A stretch of 64,000 nucleotides of DNA, taken from contig OX597817.1 in the NCBI GenBank assembly GCA_951406725.2, positions 61,690,001 through 61,754,000 of the forward strand, given 5' to 3'. The notes beneath the pieces were generated by a model. It saw only the letters and a list, made by a program, of their open reading frames with translations, made no database searches and was not told the DNA's origin. Shown in pieces: positions 53,103 to 64,000 of the stretch (positions within the stretch are counted from its first letter, which is position 1; each line of letters begins with the position of its first letter). The stretch comes from Octopus vulgaris (lineage: Eukaryota). The translations under genes and the position numbers were made by a program.

Positions 53103-53493
53103 GTTTGAACGGCAGTTTTTAACATAATTTCTAGGTAACTAAAAAATTTAAAACTTCGTATACTGGTAGAATGTGTTTATAAAATGTCTTTTTCGCTTGG
53201 CTTTATTGAGAAAATTCTATAGTTTGTAAGATATTTGTTGTTTTTTTTCTTCAATTTCAACCAATCAATGACGTCCATTGAGGTAAAAAAAACATTCTGT
53301 GCCGTATGAATATGTCCCTCGTTTAAGAAACAGATTTGGGTTTATCTACATTTGTGAAAAAAAAAAAAAGATACCCTTCCCCACCCCTAACTCTAAAACA
53401 GATTGAAATGCAATAGATCGATTCTAGGGTCATAATTATGGGTGACAATTTCATGATACCGCTAGAAAAAACTGCCGTTCAAACCGAAAAGAT
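53103..53493. mobile_element. Related MITE (left terminus clipped)
   Basis: gtttgaacggcagttttt / aaaaactgccgttcaaac inverted repeats; the right end gaaaagatc matches the 57327 element terminus. Confidence 0.7.
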
Positions 53494-54154
53494 CAAAAAA
53501 AAAAAAAATAGTGTAATAGGTGTAAAACAACTTGCTCTAGACGAATATAACAAAAAAATTGCGTGCTCGCGAAAGGGGGGGGGGGGGCTCGGAAAATTCA
53601 CATCGTGAATTTCCGAAAGCGTCTGAGGGTCTGACCCGGGCACAAAAACAAAAAAAAAATTCATATCCATGGCCTTTAAACTGCATTGAACTGAATTTAA
53701 ATAAGCAAGAAAGATATTATTAAAGAAAAGGCCATAGCACCATCTTTAGTATCTGTTGTTGTTATTATTATTATTATGGAGTTGGATGTGCGTGTGTGTG
53801 GTGAAGTTATTAATATCAATATCAATACATTAACCAACACCATTGAAGTGAAATAATAGTTTCTATACTTTTGGTTTGGCACTGCTGAATTGAGTCAAAG
53901 ACTATATAATACAAGTCAGCAGAAAAAGAGAAAAATGCGATATTCATAACAGTAAAAAAATAAGACCTCCCCCAAACAGTAACCCTTGTGTTTAAAATCT
54001 CCCTAACAAAAAGAAGAGAGGTTGTTTGGCTATGGACTACATTTGGGGGAGGTCTTATGTGGTTTAGCCAAAAAGTTTGCTCAAATCAAATAAACTTATG
54101 AACCAAAGGTAGCCTAGCCATGACCATCTCAATGGTTCTCTTTCTTTTTGTTGG

Positions 54155-54495
54155 ACATGGCTGTGTGGTTAAGATGGTTTCAAGTTCAGTTCCACTGCAT
54201 GGCACTTTGGGCAAGTGCCTTCTACTCTACCTGACCCCAGGCTGCCCAGTGCCCAGTGAGAGGATTTGGTAGATAGAAACTGTGGAAGTCTGTTGTATGT
54301 GTGTGTGTGTCTTTGTACCCCACCCTCACTACTTGACAACTGGCATTGGTTTGTTTACATCCCTGTAACTTAGCAGTTCAGCAAAAAGTCCAACAGAATA
54401 AGTACCAGAGTTTGGGGCTGATTTGTTTGAGTAAAATCTTTTAAGGCAAAGCCCTAGCATGGCTGCAGTCCAATGACTGAAACAAGTAGAAGAGA
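54155..54495 (+). mobile_element. tRNA-CORE SINE
   Basis: Head and CORE (ttgggcaagtgccttctac) with gactgaaacaagta tail. Many more decayed copies occur (about 185, 10990, 13855, 14800, 25530, 38385, 40540). Confidence 0.75.
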
Positions 54496-55343
54496 ATGGT
54501 GTACCAAAGATTATACCATTCAATGTGTTCTAATGCTCCTCTTGAGTCATTGCAAGCGAACATGTGCTGTAAAGACATGGGTAGAGAAGAAGCTCCAGAG
54601 TGATACCATTCAGGGCTTCGGATAGAGCATAATTTTTAGAGAAGAAGAGAGACAAGGATAAGAAATGCCTGATTGAGATGGTGCAAACCTCAGCCAGGTC
54701 TGAAGATAAGTTGTAATTTTGTTGTTTATACCTAAAACATCGACTGCTTGTTTACACCCAAGAAATGGACTTGTTGTTTATAACTAATGGACTTGTTTAT
54801 ACCCAAGAAATGGACTTGCTGTTTGTACTCAAGAAATGTGCAACGCACAGGTTATAATTATTTCTATAACATAATAATTTAAACGTATGTTAAAGAGAAT
54901 TTAATAACACAAACTGTCTGCATAAAGAATTAAAAAAAAAATTTTTTTTGTTTTTGATGTGAATTTTCCGAGTCCTCTCCCCACCTTTCGCGAGCGCGCA
55001 TTTTTCTTGTCATATTCGTTTAGAGCAAGTTGTTTTACACATATTTCACTATGTTTTTTTTTATGACTGGGTCAAACACTTTAGTTTGACCGAAAAAACA
55101 GGTAGTGAGATAAATTTGGCCGTTCCTCCCTAAGTCTAGAATAACAAAGTAATATTTAATCATAATTTTCCAAAAAGCCTAACAATTTGCAAATGTTTAG
55201 CTCTAAGTTCAGAATATTTTCATTTCAATTACCAACAGGTTGACAGCAAGAAAAAGATTAACTTCGATATATGCATATTCACTTGGAAGGATTATAAATA
55301 AACCAATCAAAGAATGTTTCGCTTCACCTAAGTGTGTTATGTA

Positions 55344-56583
55344 CGAGGGGCGTTCAATAAGTAATGCCCCTGATCCACTTGAAGTTGTTCGATCTAGCTG
55401 AAATTTTGCATGTGCACTTATTTATACCTCTATAGATTAAGTGGCGAATTACAGCTCTGAACTAATTGTGGTTTCTGATTTACAGGTGTTTGGACTGAGT
55501 CAAGTGTGAAATGGAGCCTGTTGAGTGTCGAGCAGTGATCTGGTTTTTGTATTTAAAAGGACGCACACCACGGGAGACTTTTGATGAAATGAAAGTAACT
55601 TCTGGTGATGGTGCCCCATCATATGACCTTGTAAAACGCTGGCATTGTGAATTCAAACATAGTCGGAACTCTGTGGAAACAGCTCCCAGATCTGGTCGCC
55701 CCCTTCTGCCGTTGATGAGACGTCTGTCCGTCAAGTTGAGGCTGCCATTTTGGAAGGTCAACGCATAACTATTCGCCAAATAGCCCATAAGGTCAAGATT
55801 AGTACCGGGTCTGTGGAAACTATCATTCATGACCATTTGCATATGCAAAAGGTGTCTGCCAGATGGATTTCCAGGTTGCTCACACCTTTCCAGAGGCAAG
55901 AACGCGTTGAGTGCTCGAGGATGAATTTGGAGATGTGCCAAGAAGATGAGTCAAAAACCTGGGTCCATCACTATGATCCATAGACCAAAGCCCAGTCAAT
56001 GCAGTGAAAGCGCCGTGACTCACCTCCTCCAAAGAAGGCAAGGGTGCAGCCCTCCGCTGACAAGGTTATGCTCACAGTCTTCTGGGACCAGGACGGAGTA
56101 GTGATGACAGATTTCCTAGCAAAGGGTACCACAATTACAGGAGCCTATTATGCTTCACTTTTGAGGAAATTAAGAGAAGCTATCAAAATCAAGAGGCGGG
56201 GCAAGATCAGCAAAGGCATCCTCCTCCTGCAGGACAACGCTCTGGTCCACAACTCGCGTGTCGCCAAATCAGAAGCACAAGCGTGCAGCTATGAACTCCT
56301 CCCCTTGCACCCTCTGATTTTCACCTCTTCCCAGCCATGAAGTTGATTTTGAAAGGAAAGCGTTTCCCAGATGATGCAGCCTTGATTTCTGAAGTCACGT
56401 CGTGGTTGGAGGACCAAGCTGGGGTCTTCTACAAAAACGGTCTTCAGAGCCGTATCAAACGATGAGAGAAATGCATAACTCTGGGTAGTTCCTATGTAGG
56501 AAAAGACTAATAACTGTGCCAAGTGTCGTTGCTCTACTGCTATGGGAAGTGGGTCAGGAGCATTACTTATTGAACGCCCCTCG
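55344..56583 (+). mobile_element. Mariner transposon, near full length (1240 bp), transposase pseudogene
   Basis: 37-bp TIRs cgaggggcgttcaataagtaatgc(c/t)cctga(t/c)ccactt with TA on both sides; RAVIWFL, WISRLLT, TWVHHYDP, KVMLTVFWD, LLQDNA; frameshifts and deletions. Confidence 0.95.
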
Positions 56584-56769
56584 TAACTGTATTTCTTGAA
56601 AAGATCTTGTAGAAAAACATGGTACTAACAAGTGAAATTAAGTTATCTGATAAGGAATGTTTTCTTTAACTTTAAAATATCTTCACTTTTTCCAGAATTT
56701 CTTCTTTCTTTTTTTTTGGCGAAATACGTACAAAAATACGGAGTTTATGATTCATGTGTGAGTGTGTGT

Positions 56770-57215
56770 TCTTGATAATCGTTTAGAACAAGTAGTTTTA
56801 CGCCAATTACACTATTTTTTTCTTAGTTTAAAGGCCAGGGACTGAAAATGTGAAATTTCCGAGGCCTCTCCCCCCACCTCCCTTTCGCGAGTGCGCATTT
56901 TTTTCATCATATTCGTTTAGAGCAAGTTGTTTTACACCTATTACACTATTTTTGTTTTTGTTTTTGTGCCCAGGTCAGACGCTTTCGGAAATTCCCGATG
57001 TAAATTTTCCGAGGCCACTCCCCCACCACACCCCTTTCGCGAGTGCGCATTTCTTTTGTCACATTCGTTTAGAGCAAGTTGTTTTACACATATTACACTA
57101 TTTTTTTTTGTTTTGGTGCCCGGGTCTGCCCCTCAGACGCTTTCGGAAATTCCCGATGTGAATTTTCCAAGGCATCTCCCGCACTCCCCTTTCGCGTGCG
57201 CGCATCTTTTTTTCG
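56770..57215 (+). repeat. Tandem repeat of about 125-135 bp (about 3 copies); single related units at 54950..55060 (+) and 53495..53660 (-)
   Basis: Repeated tttcgcgagtgcgcattt..tcgtttagagcaagttgttttacac..attacactattt..cagacgctttcggaaattcccgatgt. Confidence 0.85.
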
Positions 57216-57326
57216 AGAATTTGCTCGTCCTTGTCGTTTGTTAGGACCAGGCGACTTCGTATTTCTTCTGTTCACTCTTCCCATGTTAATGGACACATAA
57301 ATCCGTATAAAAAATACCGAGCCTTG

Positions 57327-58098
57327 GGATCTTTTCTGTTTGGTTGCCAGCGTCAATTTTCTGTTCCAACTGATTTCATATTCAGTATAATGATACATTT
57401 TTATAGACTAATTAATGACGTGAAAGTAATTTTCACTGTAAACCAATCAATAAATAAAGAGTTATTAGTAATTAAAATTTGAAAATTTTGGTAATTTTAG
57501 ACAATCGTAAGCCACAGACCCTTTCATGTCTAACTTGCCATAGAAAACAGTCTTCGAAAAGTCTGCGACGAAGCACCTGTTGACAGCAGTCTTGTTGGTT
57601 TCTTTTCGTCATTGCACAGAGGTGGTTGTGAGGTATGCTAAAAATAACAGCTAAATAAGATTTTTTTTGATAAATCTTTCAAATTAAAGTTTATATGCCA
57701 ACATCTCACTCAGAGATTTAAAACGTTTTTCTCTTTTAAATGAACAGTTATTTACCCGAAAGAAAATTACCGGAGAACTTTCGTGCTGAAAATAACAGCT
57801 AAATAAGATTTTTTTACATGAAAGAAAATTACCAGAGGCATAACAAATATTGACATGTGTTATGCTGAGGACGACAAAATTTGCAGTCACGCACAAAATG
57901 ACTGCTTTGAAATTGTTTTTCTTGACTGGGTGAAAATGATCAAACTGTAAACCTCTATAACTTTTTAAAAACATTTTTCTAGAAAAAATTAAATAACTCC
58001 AGCAATTCAGTTTGGGCAAGTGTATTACTGTGCCAAATTTTAAAATTTTCTGTAAACTTTAATTTTTGGAACAACTGGCAACCAAATAGAAAAGATCC
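57327..58098. mobile_element. MITE with GG...CC TIRs and 8-bp TSD (Merlin-like; superfamily tentative)
   Basis: TIR ggatcttttctgtttggttgccag / ctggcaaccaaatagaaaagatcc; TSD gagccttg at 57319..57326 and 58099..58106. Confidence 0.85.
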
Positions 58099-58499
58099 GA
58101 GCCTTGCAACACAGTAAACAAGCAGAGTGAGTGCACTCTGGGCAGCTGAGCTTCGTTAGGGGTTATTGGGGCATACACCAATTGTATTTTACAATTGAGC
58201 ATATCGTGTTAGCCAAGATCGGCGATGACTGAATCAGAGATTGATGAGGCTACATGTATTGATCCAAAGTACTGGATTTACAGAATTGTAAAAAAAAAAA
58301 AACACATCAGACAAGGTATTTGTTTTTTGAGTTCAAATCCCAGCATGGTCACTCAGCTAAAAGTCTTCCGGCTAAGTTTCTAGTTGAAGGATACTTTCCT
58401 CCTATCCCATCAGTCATTGAGACCCTCCTGACTAAAAACAGATCTTTAAATCAAAACTCATACATAAATAGTTCAACTTACCATATTTGCTTGCAAATA

Positions 58500-60627
58500 A
58501 GAAGCATTCTTATTCTTCTTGCAAATAAGAAGTATCCCGGACTCAATATGGGCAGCATGTGGAGCATCAGTGCCACGTAAACAGAAAAATAAGAACCGCT
58601 CCAAAAGTGCAATTTGGGAAACTTCAGCGGTCCGACTTGCCAGGAAGGAACGTCGGACTGTTGAACGGGAATACAAGTTGCATAAATCAGACACCAACAG
58701 GAAAAAGCGGAATAAATCTTCCAACCATCTCAAGCAAGTGACAAAAAAAGCAGTGCTTGAATTTGAACAGTGCATAGCAGCCAATCCTGACAGCAAGGTT
58801 TTCTGGAAATATGTGCATTCGAAGCAGAAACCTCACTCTCCAGTGGGCCCTCTCTGCAACCCTCACACAAGCCAGATCACTGACGATCCCAAGGAATGTG
58901 CAGAACTCATTGCCGAGTGCCATGCAAACATATTCACTGTTGAAAATCAAAATGTACCATCTTCACCATCTCTAACAGCAAATTCCATAACAACTATGGA
59001 ATTTACACCTGCAATGCTGCGACGTCACCTTCAAAATAAGTGCAACTATACCTCCCCTGGTCTTGATGGCGTTACATACCTGCTTCTCAAACGTGGCAGG
59101 TACTTCCTTTTACACCAGCTTTCTATTTTTTTCCAGTACTGTCTCAACAATGGTGCTACTCCAGAGCAGTGGAAAACCGCCAGTGTCATTCCTCTGTTCG
59201 AAAAGGGCGACTGCACATCACCTGTCAACTATAGCCCAGTCTGTCTCACTAGCTGTATTGCAAAACTGATGGACCTTCTGGAGCTCTCACAGTCTCATCC
59301 GACCCTCACAATATGGATTTGTCCCTAACTCCAGCTGCAGTGATCAGCTTGTCGAGTTCCTTGAGGACATTACTCAGATCACTGACAGTGGCTCATGGGT
59401 GGATGTTGTCTACCTTGACTTTGCTAGGGCTTTTAATTCTGTGCCACACAAAAGGCTTATGGTGAAACTCTCTGCAATGGGTGTGAGGGATGATTTTTTT
59501 AACTGGTTGAAATCCTTCATTCTCAGCCGAAAGGAGGTAGTCACAGTTCTAGGACAGCATTCTACACCATATGAGATGTCATTGGGTGTACCACAGGGAT
59601 CTGTTCTTGTCCCCTCTTGTTTGTGGCATACATTAATGACATAGATGCCAATTTAAAGAATGCCACAGTATTGAAATATGCAGACGACATCAAGCTGTAC
59701 CTTGAAATTAAGAGGACAGATCCTGATGTCTACAACTCTTTCCTGCAATCAGACCTGGACACAACGCAGCAATGGATCACAGACTGGCAACTGAAACTGG
59801 CTGTGAACAAGTGTACCACCATGCATTTTGGGAGAAAAAACCCTGCGTCCACATACTCCCTCCACAACACTGATATCAAGAAATCCTCTTGCGAGCGTGA
59901 CCTAGGCATCACTGTCAGCAGTGATTTGCGTTGGACAAAGCATATCTCTAAAATTGTCAAGAAGGCCGAGGGTGTCTTGGCATCACTCAGCAAGACCTTT
60001 GTTAGCCGCTCTCCAGCCATCTATTTAAAGCTGTATACAGCTATGGTACGACCACACTTGGAATTTGCATCATCAGTTTGGAACCCCTATCTTGCTCAGA
60101 ACATTGACCTCCTGGAATCTGTCCAGAGACATGCAACCAAACGCATACCCTCCATCAGACACCTACCATACTCTGAGCGCCTTGTTTCCCTGGGCATGGA
60201 TTCACTGAAGCTCCGGCGTCTGGCGATGGACTTGGTAAACACCCACAAAGTTATCAACCACCTCACCAACAACAACACTGAACACCTTTTTGATCTCCAT
60301 GTGGACATGCCTTCAAAGTCAGAAAACAGCACAGCTCCCATGACTTTCGGAAACATTTTTTCACACTCAGAGTTGCTGAAGCATGGAACAAACTGCCTAC
60401 GTCAGTTGTTGACTGCCATGACACTGCATCCTTTAAGGCCCTCATGCTTTCCGAAACTACACCTGATTGTCCCCCTTCCATACTCATACACATATGTGTA
60501 TGTCATGACCCATGCACTGTTCTTTTCCTGACGCTTGTACATTACCTTATGTACTATACGTACACTTTAGATGAGTTGTAGTGCACCTGAGCACTACACA
60601 ATGTTTTATTATTATTATTATTATTAT
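58500..60627 (+). mobile_element. CR1-group LINE, 5'-truncated and frameshifted, with (TTA)n tail
   Basis: SPGLDG, WKTASVIPLFEKG, NYSPVCLTS, VDVVYLDFARAFNSVPH, GVPQGSVL, YADD, ERDLGI, LYTAMVRPHLEFA; (tta)n at about 60607..60627. Confidence 0.93.
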
Positions 60628-61118
60628 AAGGTGTACCCCTATTTTACAAGCATATTTTGTGGGAAACGACAAATTTAGTACACTTCATCATAGACCTAGA
60701 ATATTACGTTCCCAGATCTGATGACATACTTCACTCTCTGTGTAACGTTAAGTATGGAAGAAGGGATGGAATCATGGTGTGGGTGTAGAGGTTCATTCTT
60801 ATGAACAAATGTTGGTTATACTTTCTCCAACATCTGCACATAAATATATACTGTTGGTGCCAAGAAGACCATTCAACCATAGAAATCATGCCAAAACTAA
60901 GATGTTAGAGTAATCTGGGGTATTTTGGCTGGCCAGATCCTGCTGAGCAGTTCAACCGATGCTTACAAGGAAAATCAATTGGATATAAAATGATGATGAT
61001 GACCCTTCATGATAAGATGTTTCTTAAAGGTAGTATGTTACTCAAAAGCTGAGCTTTCCAATTAGTATGTATTTACTCATCAGAAGGCACCATGTGAAGG
61101 TTTCATTTTTGAAGTTAA

Positions 61119-61351
61119 CCCATTCATGCCGACTGTTTAAACTGACAATTTATAAGGGCATAAAACTTGATACAAATTGTGACTAGTGTTTGATCTGTAT
61201 CAAAGAATGAAACATGTTCTTAATGCGTATGCAGTCTGTATCAAACAGAAATCAATGAAATTGTTTTACAGTTGTTATTTAGGTCAAAATAATAGTATCT
61301 GTGAAATTTCAGGCAATTTCATTCACCAGAAAAATTTTGGCAAAAAATGGG
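61119..61351. mobile_element. piggyBac-type MITE
   Basis: TTAA-cccattcatgcc ... ggcaaaaaatggg-TTAA. Confidence 0.65.
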
Positions 61352-61880
61352 TTAAGGCAGATATTACACTCTTTTGAGATTTTATAAAATTCGTACCATC
61401 TCAAAGCCTGTACTTCTTTGTTTCATTAATATATGCCTCTGGCTTCCACAGTACTATCCATATCATGTCTTTCGATTATATATGGTGTTTTCTCATCTGG
61501 ACCATTCATCCTTCTTTCTTCACTTTGTCTTTCTCTTCTTTTATTTTTTTTTTCCACCCCTAAACACCTCCCTATTTTAACTTCTTTTTCTTCCCCTTCT
61601 TTATTTTATTCATTTTATTCCACTGCCTATTAATTTTATTTGTTCTTTTTATAAGTTGCTCACCACTCACCCAAACTTTTCTCATTTTCAGAAGAAAACG
61701 GTTTGGGTATAAAGGGATCTATGAGCAGTTTACCATGAACTTCCTTTGTGCACAATTTAACTGATTCTGAAAGACAGACAGACAGACAGAGAGAAACGAG
61801 AATCAAGTCCAGCACATGACTGGTGTTTTATTTATTAATTCCAAAAGAATGAAAGTTAAAGCTCAACTTGGCTGGATTTT

Positions 61881-61918
<38 letters not shown>

Positions 61919-62094
61919 GGGATGTGCCATCTGGGTAGGCAAGCAAAGAAGTGCCTACTCAGACCAAAACTATAAATATTAATTATTAAATATAAAATGT
62001 AAGTGATTTCCAATTTATTATTAAAAAATTGCTAATTAAATACATGGAACTCATTGGTATAATTCAGTAAAAGATTATTATTTTAGTATAAGAC

Positions 62095-62345
<251 letters not shown>

Positions 62346-62646
62346 TAATGCATTTCAGTATTAAACCCACCTGTCATGATTAAAGCTCCAGAATGCATTA
62401 AATGTAGAGACATGATAGCAGAATCATTTCTGCTTTCATGCTGTGTCATTACAGTGTGGAAAAAAGTGTGTGCACATGTGTGTGTGGCGCTCCGGTGATT
62501 GAGCTTATTCTTTGGAGATTTTAAAAATTTATTGTCAGTATATAAAACAGTAATAACTAATAAATATATGTGCATGTGTGTATGAGCTTGTGTGTGTGTG
62601 TGTATATAGATATATAAATTTGGTGTTTGTTGCATTCCATTACTTG

Positions 62647-63434
62647 ATAAATGAAAAAAATATATAAACAAATGACAAAAATGTATACTGAATGTAAAAA
62701 TAAACATGAGATAAACAGAAAGTCCATAATTCTTCATCAGTTATCGACCAATGGTACTTTTTTTTAGTTTTGCATCCTTCAGCGATAAGACTGAATGCTT
62801 CCCAAATGGCAGTGCTTGCAAAAAAAAAACAATTTTTCACATAGAATTAGGGATAAGAGCAAACAAAACGAAACAACACAGAATGTGATTTAGGATGGTG
62901 AACGAGGGTGAACAGTTGAACGAAATACGGCCTTGGGGCTCAGAAGATGAGAACGGTGAATAACACTTAGAAAATATTTTGAATGAAGGAGAATGGAGAG
63001 ACAGAATTTGTGACTGGTCAGCTAAGAGACCAGTCTAAGAAAGGAAGAAAAAGAACTGGCTGCAGCAGGGAGAGAGATCGACAGAGAAAAGAAAGGGGAA
63101 GTGGATGAAGGGGAAAGAGAAAGGCTAGGAATCAAAGAGGGAGGGAGAGAAAGAGAGTAAGTAGAAAGGCCGTATTTTGTTCAACTGTTTGTCCTTGTCC
63201 ACCATCCTAAATCACACTGTGTTGTTTGCTCTTGTCCCTAATCCTACACAAAAAAAAACACAACTTTTTTTACAGGCCCCGCCAATTGGGAAGCATTCGG
63301 TCTTATCATTAAATGTGTGAAACTGAAAAAAGTACCATTGGTCGATAACTGATGAAGAATTATGGACTTTCTGTTTATCTCATGTTTATTTTCACATTCA
63401 GTATACATTTTTGTCATTTGTTTATATATTTTTC

Positions 63435-63440
<6 letters not shown>
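62647..63440. repeat. Inverted repeat, arms 62647..62934 and 63166..63440, with a purine-rich spacer of about 230 bp; probably PLE-derived
   Basis: agtccataattcttcatcagttatcgaccaatggtac is mirrored by gtaccattggtcgataactgatgaagaattatggact; flanked by (TA)n/(CA)n microsatellites. Confidence 0.8.
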
Positions 63441-63474
<34 letters not shown>

Positions 63475-63485
63475 TAAAGGATGTA

Positions 63486-63530
<45 letters not shown>

Positions 63531-63735
63531 AATATTAGGGAATAAATCCAAACTTACAGGGAAAAATCAAATTTAGGATTGAATCCAATTTTATAGTAAA
63601 ATATTATATTATATTAAATTAGAGACAAAACCACTATTAGGCAAATCATACAATGAAAAACTGAAGCCAATACATAAGATTATTTAATTTATATTTAAAT
63701 ATATAACAAAATTATTAAAAAAATATAATTAATAT

Positions 63736-63803
63736 ATCACTACGATCGTTTCATGGCTGTTAATTTCTTTAAATTTTCGAGTTACAGTCATTCATCAGGT
63801 GGT
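63736..63803 (-). ncRNA. Minimal type-I hammerhead ribozyme motif (inverted copy)
   Basis: The reverse complement reads accac-CTGATGA-atgactgt...acagccat-GAAAC-GATC-GTA-gtgat, with canonical GAAAC and a self-complementary CGATCG stem III/loop. Confidence 0.78.
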
Positions 63804-63873
63804 TTAAATATTTATAGTGGCGAGGTTTCAACAATGGGTTCATTGTTTAAGCCTCGCCAAGATAAATATTTAA

Positions 63874-63941
63874 ACCACCTGATGAATGACTGTAACTCGA
63901 AAATTTAAAGAAATTAACAGCCATGAAATGATCGTAGTGAT
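63874..63941 (+). ncRNA. Minimal type-I hammerhead ribozyme motif (PLE-type), predicted cleavage after GUA at 63936
   Basis: cac-CTGATGA-atgactgt...acagccat-GAAA-t-gatc-GTA-gtg: intact catalytic boxes, stem I cac/gtg, stem II with 7 of 8 pairs, short stem III with palindromic GATC loop. Confidence 0.72.
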
Positions 63942-64000
63942 ATATTAATTATATTTTTTAATAATTTTGTTATATATTTAAATATAAATTAAATAATCTT

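Larger units (their letters stand above)
63676..64000. repeat. Near-perfect palindrome (arms at least 160 bp, 4-nt loop ggtt at 63837..63840) running off the window end; probable PLE-derived inverted pseudo-LTR
   Basis: 63841..64000 is the reverse complement of 63676..63836, with about 5 substitutions and 1 indel. Confidence 0.9.

Noticed and set aside
54715-54838. Short degenerate repeats (gacttgttgtttatacccaagaaatg) reminiscent of a CRISPR array
   Set aside because: Head-to-tail units without unique spacers, eukaryotic context and no cas genes; an ordinary minisatellite.
61035-61092. Minus-strand CTGATGAG...GAAAGCTCAGCTT hammerhead-like string
   Set aside because: Stem I and stem II cannot pair.

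Overview
AT-rich, repeat-dense eukaryotic genomic DNA. The SINE/LINE repertoire (tRNA-CORE SINEs with RTE tails, Meta-domain SINEs) suggests an octopus or other coleoid cephalopod; this is an inference. The only host gene I can support is an adenylyl cyclase-associated protein (CAP/Srv2) gene on the + strand. I traced 12 coding exons from 1908 to the stop at 44634, all with GT-AG boundaries and consistent phases (1307 nt, about 435 aa: helical folded domain, P12 tract, WH2, CARP). The first coding exon lies upstream of the window. Introns and the 3' flank hold many SINEs, RTE/CR1/R4-Dong LINE relics, two mariners plus a mariner MITE, a Chapaev3-like element, piggyBac- and Merlin-type MITEs, a Gypsy integrase relic and Penelope-like element (PLE) remnants. 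The most notable structures are: (1) a near-perfect palindrome at the window end carrying two divergent minimal type-I hammerhead ribozyme motifs; (2) a 277-bp fold-back inversion-duplication inside an RTE relic in the 21-kb CAP intron, with its seed hairpin and return microhomology still visible; (3) a Naiad-like GIY-YIG PLE relic with a decayed hammerhead; (4) two complementary RTE halves bracketing the last CAP exon. Coordinates were counted by hand, and repeat boundaries are approximate unless TSDs or TIRs are quoted.
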